Origin: Candidatus Moanibacter sp.
GTDB taxonomy: Bacteria > Verrucomicrobiota > Verrucomicrobiia > Opitutales > UBA2987
Length of the DNA stretch: 30,603 nucleotides
Direction: 5' to 3'
Assembly (NCBI GenBank): GCA_965215885.1
Contig: CBDCEW010000022.1
Coordinates: forward strand, 1-30,603
Shown here: positions 18,610 through 28,413 of the stretch, one piece after another
How the letters are laid out: each line of letters opens with the position of its first letter
How positions within the stretch are numbered: the first letter of the stretch is position 1
Program-made: the position numbers and the translations under genes
Notes under the pieces: model-generated
Seen by the model: only the letters and a program-made list of their open reading frames with translations
Told to the model about the DNA's origin: nothing
Database searches by the model: none

Positions 18610-18945
18610 TAAGTCGTCCCGGGCGGACTTGACCAATGGCAATATCCGAAAAACCGACTGGAACCTTCGATGGATACATATACCTGAACAAGCTCCAAGG
18701 TGCCATCCTTCTTCTTGGCCTTGTCGAATGATCTCTATCGTTTTTTCCATCCTTTGTTGTGAGTTATCCCCAATTTCAGTATCCCCAGAAGTTGATGAAG
18801 AGGCGTATGACGCTATAGGAAGGTAAGGAATCGCAATACCTGCTATCCAGCCCGCGCATCCCGCGGCACCTCCCCCAATAAAATCCCTTCGCGAGAGGTT
18901 GCTCAAAGGGCTTTCAAAGTTGATATGCGCTCCTTTCTCGATCAT
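18610..18945 (-). pseudogene. 5' fragment of a Tat-exported serine hydrolase-like protein, ending at the IS1380 fragment
   Basis: SRRDFI twin-arginine signal; IIRQGQEEGWHLGA then, after frame changes, QVYVSIEG and DIAIGQVRPG, resembling the N-terminus of beta-lactamase-family proteins. Confidence 0.55.
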
Positions 18946-19537
18946 TACTTCAGCGACCTGGCATTACACAAAATCTCCGTTATTAATCTGCTTGAGGTCC
19001 GCAACCAAGCAACAACAACGTTTTCGCTACCAACAGATCGAGGAGGGCTGTGCCCTTTCCGCGAACCCGGGAGCATCCTTCAATGCTCTCATCGACATAC
19101 TCCCCTAATCTCTCGCTTTGGCAAGAGTATTGATACAGCATAAACGGACGCCGCTTCGTCTTCAGTCGTCAAACACCGAACTCGTAACCGGTGGCGCGGA
19201 ATCATGCGTTTTGCGGACATAGAGCATCGGGGCTTCGCGGAAGGCCATGTGCAATACGAGCGCTCGGTTTGGATTCCAGCGTGCTTTCCTCGGTGTCGCT
19301 TGACTTGAACGTTCCCTAAGCACGGGAAAATGGCAATTCAGGATCACACAGAATTTGCAGGAAGACGCTTCGAGTCAACTTGGGTAAGCGGAGGCAATCT
19401 ACCGCCAATAGACCAAACAATTCAAGTGAGTGCTGTCTGTTTTTCTCCCAGAGATCAGGTTGTAAAAGCCGGTTTTCTGTCGGGCTTAGTATGAAAAATG
19501 AAGTCACCCGCGCAACCAGTTACCAAACCATGTTGAC

Positions 19538-19626
19538 CCTGTCATTGCGAGGAAGAATGACGAAGCAATCCAGATCTTCAGGCCTCCAAAATTCGTGGAT
19601 TGCCGCGCTAGGATCGCAATGACAGG
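19538..19626. repeat. GTCATTGCGA...TCGCAATGAC palindromic element, copy 2
   Basis: cctgtcattgcga / tcgcaatgacagg; inner gcaatcca / tggattgc. Confidence 0.85.
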
Positions 19627-19739
19627 CGAGTGGTCGAACAGCCTCTAACTACGATAACGATTGCGAATCTCCTTCATCCGGATAACTATGTCGAATCCTG
19701 ACACCTGTATGCGTCGGGGTAGCTCTGCCGAACGGCAAA

Positions 19740-20456
19740 GTGAAGACGGGACACCCGAAACCTATGAAATCGTGTAAACATTTGATCCGGAATGGGCAAG
19801 AAGCGGCGATTCAACAGGTGCGCCGCGTAATCGAGCGACTGGTTCGTGACGGTTCTGTTGTGGCGAATTCCGACGGAATTGAGCATCGTATATTCCCTGT
19901 CGCCGTGAGTCCCCGGGAAGGTGAAGCGCTGCGGAGATGGGTAACCCAGGAAGGGGCAGCGCAGACCATCGAGATTGGTCTGGGCTACGGAATTTCCGCA
20001 CTACATATCTGTGAAGGCCTGCTTTTGAACGGTAAACAGGCGGCACGGCATGTTGTGCTCGACCCGAATCAAGCCGGACGATTCGCGGACTGCGGGCTGC
20101 AGGTCCTCGAGGAGGCAGGGGTCAGGCAGCTCGTGGAGCATCGTGCTGAGGAATCACAGATTGCCCTTCCGCGGTTTCTGAAGGAAGGCCGGAGTTTCGA
20201 TTTAGGGTTTGTAGACGGCAACCATCGCTTTGACAGAGTCTTCCTGGATCTGTTCTACCTCGGGCATCTGGTGCGCAAAGGAGGAATCATCATCCTGGAC
20301 GACTACAGCTGGCCCGGGATCAAACGGGCAGTGTCCTTCTATCTGACGAATCTAAACTGGAGGAATGAGGAAAGGAACGAGGATGGGCACCAAGTCGTCC
20401 TCCGAACGACCGAAGTCCCGGACAATCGACACGGTAAATTCTTTGTTGAGTTTTGA
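19740..20456 (+). CDS. Class I SAM-dependent methyltransferase (Methyltransf_24-like); start uncertain
   Basis: IEIGLGYGISAL, FDLGFVDGNH, GGIIILDD. Confidence 0.88.
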   Translation: MKTGHPKPMKSCKHLIRNGQEAAIQQVRRVIERLVRDGSVVANSDGIEHRIFPVAVSPREGEALRRWVTQEGAAQTIEIGLGYGISALHICEGLLLNGKQAARHVVLDPNQAGRFADCGLQVLEEAGVRQLVEHRAEESQIALPRFLKEGRSFDLGFVDGNHRFDRVFLDLFYLGHLVRKGGIIILDDYSWPGIKRAVSFYLTNLNWRNEERNEDGHQVVLRTTEVPDNRHGKFFVEF

Positions 20457-20590
20457 TGAGTGAGGGCACCTAACGCTTTCGTCTCCGCTTTCTAGCCCCC
20501 TTTTCTCTCAAAATTCCAAAAGCACAATCACGACAGAACGTTCTTTTTGACACTACGCGAATTAGCTGTCTGGAAAAGGGGGCTAGCGAT

Positions 20591-21218
20591 ATGCAGACCG
20601 AAAATATCCAACCAATAGAGACCGACCGATTGAGACTCAACTCTCTGAGCGTCGAATTTCTTCGTTTGATTTCCGAAAGTCGCATCGACTGTGCTCAGCG
20701 AGAGGTTGATTATTCTGTTCCGCAGGACTGCTCGCTTTTTCATCACCGGCAGATCAATCATCGATTGAAGATGATCGAGGCTGATCCGCTGCAGCATCCA
20801 TGGATGTACCGAGCCATAGTAAGAAAGGACGACAACAGGATGATTGGGTTCATCAGCTTTCACAAGAAAGCGCCGGATCCCAATTTATCTGAATACTGTG
20901 AGAATGGTGCGGAGCTTGGCTACACTATTGAGCCAGACTATCGCCGACAGGGATACGCAAAGGAGAGTGCGATCGCGATGATGGAATGGGCCTATAGCAA
21001 TCTCGGTGTTCTGCCACTTTGTCTTGACGATTAGCCCCGAGAATAAGCCATCACTGAAAATGGCGGAATCGATGAATTTCCGAGACTATCATGGTATAAA
21101 GGATGATCCGATTGACGGGCTGGAATACGTAATGAAAGCCGAGATTGTTCAAATTCTGCGAACGACGGCCTGGGCCGAGAGCATATCGGAGAGAAAGAGG
21201 AAAGAATTCTCAAGCTAA
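20591..21218 (+). CDS. RimJ/RimL-like GNAT, frameshifted near 21010
   Basis: IETDRLRL, MIGFISFH, ELGYTIEPDYRRQGYAKE; continues in another frame as VLTISPENKPSLKMAESMNF. Confidence 0.85.
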
Positions 21219-21235
21219 GCCGTAGCCAGAAAAAG

Positions 21236-21271
21236 AAGAGAACCGCAGATGCACGCAGATGGACGCGAATG
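21236..21271 (+). repeat. Intergenic repeat family A, copy 4
   Basis: aagagaaccgcagatgcacgcagatggacgcgaatg. Confidence 0.85.
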
Positions 21272-21410
21272 CAGTAAGAAACCCAACGGATTCGAGAACA
21301 CAGCGGACTGCTCTTTTGCGTTTTCTGCGATCTATTGTGGCCAATCATAATATACGCCGGAGACAGATGCAATTTCTGAGAATATGCGCGCGGATTGGCT
21401 CTGAATAAAA

Positions 21411-21722
21411 ATGATTACGTCGTTGCGAAAGGTTACCGACAGAGATTTTCCGGTGATCAATAATCTAGTCCCGTACTACGTTTATGAGATGTCGGGCGAG
21501 ATGGGTTGGGATCCCAACACGGAAGGATGCTACGGCGGATGTGATGACCTGCGTGATTACTGGGAGAAACCGGACTACTGTGCGTATGTCATAGCCGAAT
21601 ACACAAATGGAGACTTTACCCAGACTGCGGAACAGTACGTTTGCCCTTATTCCGGGACCTGGGATATGCAGTTCTACCGTTTTGCCACCAGGAACCAGGG
21701 GATGTGGAGTGGTGGAGTATAG
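21411..21722 (+). pseudogene. GNAT-like gene lacking its central acetyl-CoA-binding core
   Basis: N-terminus (NLVPYYVYEMS...G.Y...L.DYW...AYVI) joins directly near 21590 to a C-terminal-like AEYTNGDF; no R/QxxGxG motif. Confidence 0.5.
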
Positions 21723-22788
21723 GAGTGATGGAATGGTGGAATTACGGATTAATGGGCGAGGTTACACAGGTCCGGGGTTTCATGTTGAATTCGAGCGGCT
21801 ATAATAGACACCAGTTTTCGGCTCAGTCGGTTGCGCTTGATCGACAAACGGAAGACTCATGAAGATCGCATCAGTTCAGCCCGCAATTTCGGAATCCTTT
21901 GATCGCCACTGAAGATGGCATATTAGGCTCTTGGACGCTGTCTTTGATTTGATGTCTTAATTCGTCACTTCTGTGCAATTTGAGTAGATGTAAGAAAGCT
22001 GTCGAAAAGCCCGAGTAAATCAAGCCGGATTCTAGCGTTCGTAGCTATGGAGACCTCCGGGGCCACAGAGTCAGCACAGAGGACCTGCCGGAGAATGGTA
22101 GTATTGCGGCGATATCCGAAAATCGCTACCGTAGTCACTTTGCCTCGACATCTGCCGTAAGGCGTGCCGAGCGCAGTTCGGCCGAAGAATGCCAGTTGCG
22201 TCCCTTGCCAGAGCATATCTCGCTCGCATACTGATCATTCGAATTAAAGTAAAGAGGCAGTCTTGATCAGGCTGGTGACAAATGCTTCTTACCCGGTGCA
22301 GTGGATTGAACCGCGCTTCGCGCGTGATGCGTGAAAAGAGACTCCGTCCCGACTTTCTACCGCTCACTCAGAATCGGCTTTTATGATCTCAAGAGGGCTG
22401 TTGGATGCCACGGGTGAGACGCGGAGTCGCTATGTGCTGGGGCTTGAAGCCCGTCCCGAAGAAAAGCCAATCGACTCCAGCCCGAATTTCCTGAAAACGA
22501 TCCAGCGGATGTTATCTCAGCTGTCCCGAGGTGCTTCTCTGAGCCGCTCTGTGACCCCTCTTCTCTTTACCCGCTTTACAGTTTGGTTGCCCGTTCCTAG
22601 AGCAGACTTGGTGGCAGGCTTCGCTTGCTATGATAATCAACAGTACTGATTGAATAGTCCAGAATGGTGCCGGAGCTAGTGAGCGGAGCTATTGCGCGAC
22701 CAGGACTATCGCCGACAGGGGATTCCAGGAAGCAACTAGCTGATAAGCGAAGATAAAAAAAGAGCTAAACAAACCCGAGGGTTCAGTC

Positions 22789-24654
22789 ATGTTAAGATGG
22801 GATGAAAGTCTAGCTGATAAGCAAGAAGATAAAAAAAGAGCTAAACAAACCCGAGGGAATCAGTCAGAAAAATCTTACCAACTGAATCCTTCGATAGATC
22901 GTTTAACTCTGCGTCTGGTCCTGCCCGAAGAGCAGGAGCGATTCAATGATCTATTGAAACAACATCATTATTTACACAGTGCGGGCAGCGCAGGAGAGAC
23001 CCTGCGCTATGTGGCGCAGATCGACGGGCAATGGATGGGCCTGCTCTTGTGGGGGGCCGCATCCTACCGGCTGAAGGATCGAGACGAATGGATCGGGAGG
23101 GACGGGGCGCAACGGCATGCACGATTGAAACTGGTAGTACAGAACCGGCGTTTTCTGATTTTGCCCGGGGTGGATCTTGCAAATTTGGCCTCCAAGACGT
23201 TGGGTATGTGCCTGAGAGTCTTAGCCGATCACTGGCAGGAGGCTTTTGGCTATCGTCCCTTAGTAGCGGAAACGTTCGTGGACCCACAGATTCACCGGGG
23301 CACTTGCTACGAAGCGAGCGGGTGGACGCCCTTGGGCTTGAGCGCGGGATATGGCCGCCAACGCGAAGATTTCTATCAACGCCATGAGCGTCCCAAGCAG
23401 ATCTGGGTCAAACCCCTCAAGGCTAATGCCCTTGAGCTTTTGCGCGCTTCAGGGCCATTGCCCGCGGCACAGAGCCAGGCGCTCAATGAAACCGATAACT
23501 CCCATGCGGTCTGCCTCAAAGTGGAACAGATGAGCAGCCTGTGGGAACGCTTCAATCAGATAGAAGACTTCCGTCGTAAAGCGGGCCTTAGATATCGGCT
23601 CGCCACGGTCCTGAGCATGATTGTGCTCGGCACGATGTGCGGCAAACAGACCCTCAAGGGCATCGTGCGCCTGGCCCATCATCTCAATCAAGCCCAATTG
23701 CGCGCCTTACGCTCCTGGAAAAACCCCAAAACAGGCCGCTATAAGGCCCCTTGCTATGATGTCTTCTATCGGGTCTTGCAAAACGTAAAGGCCGAGCTCT
23801 TCGATAAAACCCTCACCGAATTCATCTGCTTACAAGACGGCTGTTTGCCCCGCGATATTGCCGTCGACGGCAATTTGAGTAGATGTGTTGAGTAAGACCC
23901 TCAAAGGCACAAACACCGAAGAATCAAAGGCTCTGCACCTGGTGGCCGCAGTCGATCACCAAAGCGCTCAAACCTTAGCCCAAGTCGCTACCGCCGATAA
24001 ATCCAACGCGATCACCGCCGCCCAGACTCTCTTGCGAAAGATGCCCATTTTGGACGGCTCCACCTTCACCTTCGACGCCATGCATAATCAAAAAGAAACT
24101 GCCCACATCGTCGTCGAAGAACTCAGTGCTGACTATGTTATTCAAATTAAAGACAATCAGCCCAACATGCATCAATACGCTCAGAATCTCTTCAGCTCCA
24201 CCCCCTTTTTCTCCACCAAACCGTGGACAATGACCATGGGCGACTCGAAATACGTCAAATAGCAACCCATTCTCTAAGCGCTCCCTCTGCCGGCCTGCCC
24301 CATGCCCGCCAGTTCGCCTGTGTGCAACGCACCTTCCATTATCCAAACAAAGCTGAACCTTCCTCTGAACGCTCTTACTACGTAAGCAGTCTCGATCCCG
24401 CCGATTTGAGCCCTCAACAGTTCCTCTCGAAAATTCGCAACCATTGGTCGATCGAAAATAAAAATCATTACCCCAGGGATCGCTTCTTCGATGAAGATCG
24501 ATGTATGATCCGTAATCATAACGCAGCCAGAATTCTTGCTGCATGCAGGCAACTGGTTCTCAGCCTCAAGTCTTCCATGGGCGCTGAATCCACTCCCGCA
24601 CTCTGTGATGATTTCGTCTTTAACTTACATAAGGCCATCAATATCATCACCTAA
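22789..24654 (+). mobile_element. ISAs1-family transposase with DUF4338-like N-terminal domain, in three frames
   Basis: HHYL...GETLRY, RDEWIG, NRRFLILP, ETFVDP...GTCY (DUF4338-like); IAVDG|KTLKG, FDAMHNQ, IKDNQP, HGRLEIR, RNHWSIENKNHYPRD.FFDED (ISAs1). 22-nt insert at 23874-23895 and a -1 shift at C5T5 24201-24210. Ends not resolved. Confidence 0.88.
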
Positions 24655-24694
24655 TGCTCCGAGAATCAAAATACCGTGAGCATTGGGAGAAAAC

Positions 24695-24803
24695 GTGAAG
24701 CCGGAAAGCAGAATGTCATTTACGCGTGACGGCCTGATCGACCAAATCATCGAAGGAAATAAGACAGCAAACGTTGAATGGCTCGACCAACAAGAGGAAC
24801 TGG
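24695..24803 (+). pseudogene. 5' fragment of an ASCH-domain-like gene
   Basis: GGAGA RBS and GTG; MKPESRMSFTRDGLIDQIIEGNKTANV resembles the ASCH GxKTA motif; runs into the next gene. Confidence 0.5.
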
Positions 24804-25328
24804 ATGCGAGATATCGAAACAGAAAGGCTCACATTAAGGCCATTGCGCGAAAGCGATGCGGAGGATCTTCGCAGAATCTTTCTGGATCCGGAATTCGCAG
24901 ATTATCTTCAAAACGCCGAAGTCGAACCCGATCACACAAGGGGCGAAATCGTTCGGCACTTGGACGACCATTGGAAAGAGAGAGGGTATGGGCTGTTCGC
25001 CGCTATATTGAAAAAGGAAGGCGAATTCATTGGTCGATGCGGATTTCTTCATCAGGAACTTGAGGGAGAGGATCTGTGCGAAGTTGCCTATTTGATTGCG
25101 AGAGAGCATTGGGGGCAGGGATATGCAACCGAGGCGGCGCGATCCTTGGTTTGTTATGGGTTCGAGATATTGGAAAAGGACCTACTGGTATCTCTCATAC
25201 ACAGAAAAAATGCACGGTCCATCCGAGTTGCGGAAAAGATTGGGATGAGTCTTTTGAAGGAACACCCACTCATGTTTAAATATGGTATATCCAGAGAGAC
25301 CGCATCGTGCGAACAAGGCTCAGACTGA
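24804..25328 (+). CDS. RimJ/RimL-like GNAT
   Basis: IETERLTLRP, FIGRCG, EVAYLIAREHWGQGYATEAA, NARSIRVAEKIGM. Confidence 0.92.
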   Translation: MRDIETERLTLRPLRESDAEDLRRIFLDPEFADYLQNAEVEPDHTRGEIVRHLDDHWKERGYGLFAAILKKEGEFIGRCGFLHQELEGEDLCEVAYLIAREHWGQGYATEAARSLVCYGFEILEKDLLVSLIHRKNARSIRVAEKIGMSLLKEHPLMFKYGISRETASCEQGSD

Positions 25329-25362
25329 AGACAGGCCACCATTTGACCCTTGACCGCAAAAC

Positions 25363-25390
25363 TTGACAAGAGAGCACGCGGTGCTACATT
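25363..25390 (+). promoter_or_regulatory. Promoter of the TA operon, probably leaderless
   Basis: TTGACA (25363-25368), 16 nt, TACATT (25385-25390) preceded by TGn; ATG 8 nt downstream with no SD. Confidence 0.65.
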
Positions 25391-25397
25391 GTCTTAC

Positions 25398-25613
25398 ATG
25401 GATACGATTACCGTCCGCCTCCCGGAGTCTCTGAAATCTGACCTGCAGCGCATTTCCAAAGACCAGCACAAAGCGGTCAGTGACGTCGTGCGCGAATCGA
25501 TTCGTCGCTACGTAGCAGTTGAGCGCTTTCGACATTTGCGCCGTAAGGCGCTGCCGTTTGCCGAAGCACAGGGGTTGTTGACCGATGACGATGTATTCAA
25601 GTCAATTTCATGA
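25398..25613 (+). CDS. Ribbon-helix-helix (CopG-like) antitoxin
   Basis: MDTITVRLPESLK...SDVVRESIRRY...GLLTDDDVF; ATGA overlap with the PIN gene. Confidence 0.88.
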   Translation: MDTITVRLPESLKSDLQRISKDQHKAVSDVVRESIRRYVAVERFRHLRRKALPFAEAQGLLTDDDVFKSIS

Positions 25614-26005
25614 GTCGTGTCATTCTTGATACAAATGTTGTCATTGCCTCATTCGCAGCACACGGGCTGTGCGAGTCCGTATTTGAACTCTGTCTTGAAA
25701 GGCATGATCTGTTCGTAAGCAAACACCTTATAGACGAACTCCGATCCAAGTTGATTGAGCGCTTAAAAATGCCTGGTTCGGTAGTCAATGAGATCGTAGA
25801 GCTCTACTCGAGCCACGCAACGTGCCTCGTTCCGGTAGAATTGCCGGGCAGTAGTTGCCGAGACCCCGACGACATCCCGGTCCTTGGACTGGCTGTTGCC
25901 GCATCAGCGGACTACATCGTGACAGGGGATAAGGACCTGCTTACACTCGAGCAATTCAGCGATATTCCAATCGTAAATCCCAGAAGTTTCCACGACCTTC
26001 ACTGA
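25610..26005 (+). CDS. PIN-domain (VapC-like) toxin
   Basis: VILDTNVVI, CRDPDD, IVTGDKDLL. Confidence 0.92.
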   Translation: MSRVILDTNVVIASFAAHGLCESVFELCLERHDLFVSKHLIDELRSKLIERLKMPGSVVNEIVELYSSHATCLVPVELPGSSCRDPDDIPVLGLAVAASADYIVTGDKDLLTLEQFSDIPIVNPRSFHDLH

Positions 26006-26025
26006 AAAGTCAGCCAGAACAATAG

Positions 26026-26073
26026 AAGAGAACCGCGAATAAACGGTCTGCCGTACGGCAGACGACGCGGATA
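26026..26073 (+). repeat. Intergenic repeat family A, copy 5, interrupted by an 18-bp palindrome
   Basis: aagagaaccgcgaataaacg[gtctgccgtacggcagac]gacgcggata. Confidence 0.7.
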
Positions 26074-26138
26074 AAGAGGAAGTGAATCTTTTGGAGTTGC
26101 GGCAGGGAGAAAAAGCAACGATTGCCAATCAGGAGAGA

Positions 26139-26600
26139 ATGACGGACGTTCAGATACGCTCCGCCACGATTGCTGACGCCGAAGCCGTGAGTGAGGTCTA
26201 CCTTGCGTCACGAAAAGAGTTTCTGTCATTTGCTCCGCTTGTACACACAGACACAGACGTTCGCCGGTGGATTCGCGGCGAACTCATTCCGACGGGTCGG
26301 GTCACGGTGGCGATACAAAGCGACAAAGTCGTTGGGATGATGGCGCTGTCCGACCACGGAAAAGTCGGCTGGATCGATCAGCTTTATCTACATCCGTGTG
26401 CTGTGGGGAGAGGCATTGGAACCCAGTTGCTCGAGCGCGCGAAGTCGGCAATGGGCACACCGATTCGGCTCTATACTTTTCAGGCCAACACTGAGGCTCG
26501 CCGGTTCCACCAACGACATGGCTTTCAAGCGATTGCTGTCAGCGATGGCTCAGGGAATGAAGAACATTGCCCGGATGTGCTTTACGAATGGCGAGGTTGA
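26139..26600 (+). CDS. GNAT N-acetyltransferase
   Basis: AGGAG RBS; WIDQLYLHP...GRGIGTQLL, LYTFQAN, GNEEHCPDVLYEW. Confidence 0.92.
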   Translation: MTDVQIRSATIADAEAVSEVYLASRKEFLSFAPLVHTDTDVRRWIRGELIPTGRVTVAIQSDKVVGMMALSDHGKVGWIDQLYLHPCAVGRGIGTQLLERAKSAMGTPIRLYTFQANTEARRFHQRHGFQAIAVSDGSGNEEHCPDVLYEWRG

Positions 26601-26778
26601 AGTTGGCGACTATAGAATCGCCTGATTGCGCCAAGATTACAGGCCTGTCGCTCGCAAGCGAGCTTCGCAGTTTGTTGTAGGAAGGCAGCTTGCGGCCGAA
26701 CTCTGCTGATACGCGATTAAACCTTTATCCCCGATACGCTATCGTCTCGTCTTTGATTGTCTGCGCCGACCCAATTCA

Positions 26779-27390
26779 GTGAACCGAGAACAGAGAGTTT
26801 TTCTCATAGGAGGCACGTCGCATGTGGGCAAGTCAACGCTTGCCCAATCATTGGCTTCGCGACTCGGATGGTGCTGCCGCTCAACGGACAAGCTGGCACG
26901 GCATCCCGGGCGACCGTGGCAAGAAAAACCGAACGAAGTTCCCGAACACGTGGCCGACCACTACCTCTCACTGCCGGTAGATGAGCTCGTCGCCGATGTC
27001 GTTTGGCACTATAGCGAGAATGTATGGCCGCTTGTCGTAAGCATTGTAAATACACATGCGACTGATTTTTCCACTGATCGACTGATCATGGAGGGAACTG
27101 CCATATTGCCGGAACTTACAGCGAAATTATCTATCAATGGCGTCGCTGCTGTATGGCTCACAGCCAGCAATGAGCTCTTGGGGCGAAGGATCTATGAATC
27201 AGCCCAGTATGATACAGAATCTCCTCACGAAAAGAAGATGATCGACAAATTTCTGGAGCGAACCTGTCTGTTTGATGAGCGAATAATGGGGACCGTAAAG
27301 CTGTTCGGGTTGGCCAGTATAGACGTTGAAGAGACATCCATCGCGGCCGACCTGATTGACGTGTGTCTTTCAATATTGGAGAAGCAATGA
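26779..27390 (+). CDS. P-loop kinase-like protein (2-phosphoglycerate kinase-like)
   Basis: LIGGTSHVGKST, STDKLARHPGRPW, LIMEG. Confidence 0.85.
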   Translation: MNREQRVFLIGGTSHVGKSTLAQSLASRLGWCCRSTDKLARHPGRPWQEKPNEVPEHVADHYLSLPVDELVADVVWHYSENVWPLVVSIVNTHATDFSTDRLIMEGTAILPELTAKLSINGVAAVWLTASNELLGRRIYESAQYDTESPHEKKMIDKFLERTCLFDERIMGTVKLFGLASIDVEETSIAADLIDVCLSILEKQ

Positions 27391-27860
27391 AACTTCGATT
27401 TGTTCAGATGAACGCCGAGTACGCCAAGGCGTGCGATCAGTGGCGATATGAGCCTCCTTACGACTTCTATGACTTAGATTCGGATGAGGGCGATCAGAAC
27501 GAATTTTTGGATCCGGCGAATTGGGGGAACGAGCAATTCGCAGTGCTGGACAGGAAGGAAGAGTTAGTCGGGTTCTTTTCGTTCAAGGTGCAAAGTCATG
27601 CCGTAATCATCGGCCTGGGAATGCGACCGGATCTGACCGGGCAGGGAAGAGGGAGCGCTTTTGTCGAGGAAGGCATTACTTTCGGAGCGAAGATATTAGA
27701 TCTTCAGTCGCCCGTCGTGGTCCTCGAAGTGGCGGCTTTTAACAGGCGGGCCATAAAGGTTTACGAGAAGCTCGGCTTAAGGACGACCAAACAATTCATA
27801 CAGATTACGAATTGTGGGAAATACCCGTTTCTTCGGATGGAGAGGGTCCCGATGCAATAG
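27387..27860 (+). CDS. GNAT N-acetyltransferase
   Basis: ATGA overlap; WRYEPPYDFYD, IGLGMRPDLTGQGRG, VAAFNRRAIKVYEKLG. Confidence 0.92.
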   Translation: MKLRFVQMNAEYAKACDQWRYEPPYDFYDLDSDEGDQNEFLDPANWGNEQFAVLDRKEELVGFFSFKVQSHAVIIGLGMRPDLTGQGRGSAFVEEGITFGAKILDLQSPVVVLEVAAFNRRAIKVYEKLGLRTTKQFIQITNCGKYPFLRMERVPMQ

Positions 27861-27900
27861 GGCGAGGGCAGGAGTGGGAAACGGGGAGAATGAGGAAACA

Positions 27901-28073
27901 ATTCTCACGCAACGGTCTTCGACCCGCAAGCGGCACTACGCCCTGTCGAGAAGTCGCAAAGTCGCAAAGGGGGAGGGGAAGTTAAAGGGGTTAGGACTGA
28001 AGAGAGGCCACAGAGAACACCGAGAAGCACAGAGTTGCACAGAGGGGGAGCAGAAGAGAATTCTCACGCAAAG
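27901..28073 (+). repeat. Cluster of short repeats (attctcacgcaa twice, gtcgcaaa tandem, family B copy)
   Basis: attctcacgcaa at 27901 and 28060; gtcgcaaagtcgcaaag 27953-27969; ccacagagaacaccgagaagcacagagttgcacagag 28008-28044. Confidence 0.65.
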
Positions 28074-28413
28074 CTCCCAGTGAGCAAGGACAAAGGGGGA
28101 GGAGAAGAAAGCATCGTTTGGGAGATTATTACGTGAGGGTAATGGCAACGGATAAAAGCAGAGCAGCGGAAGGGGAGGGGACATAAATTCCGCGGTTGAT
28201 ATTATAGTCAATTTCCTGCCTGACCTGAACGTAGACGAAGGGCTTTCCTGCCTTCCTTATTCAAATGTCAATTGGTGTTGCTTTGAGATTCTCTTAACGA
28301 GACTTTCTAATCGGATGGACAGAACTGTATTTATTGAACATGAACGGGTAATGGGTGCGGCCGAGTAGTTTTTCCTTAAGAAAACAGGTCTTTTCGAGTT
28401 AGTAGTATTGGGC

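Noticed and set aside
18950..19500. Possible minus-strand gene remnant
   Set aside because: Frames are short and broken, and no family could be supported from the sequence.
20460..20560. Integron attC sites (e.g. acctaac after the methyltransferase)
   Set aside because: No matching GTTRRRY with complementary L boxes found by eye here or in other spacers, and no intI in the window.
6973..26073. CRISPR array made of family A repeats
   Set aside because: Copies are 1-12 kb apart, degenerate and separated by whole genes; no cas genes.
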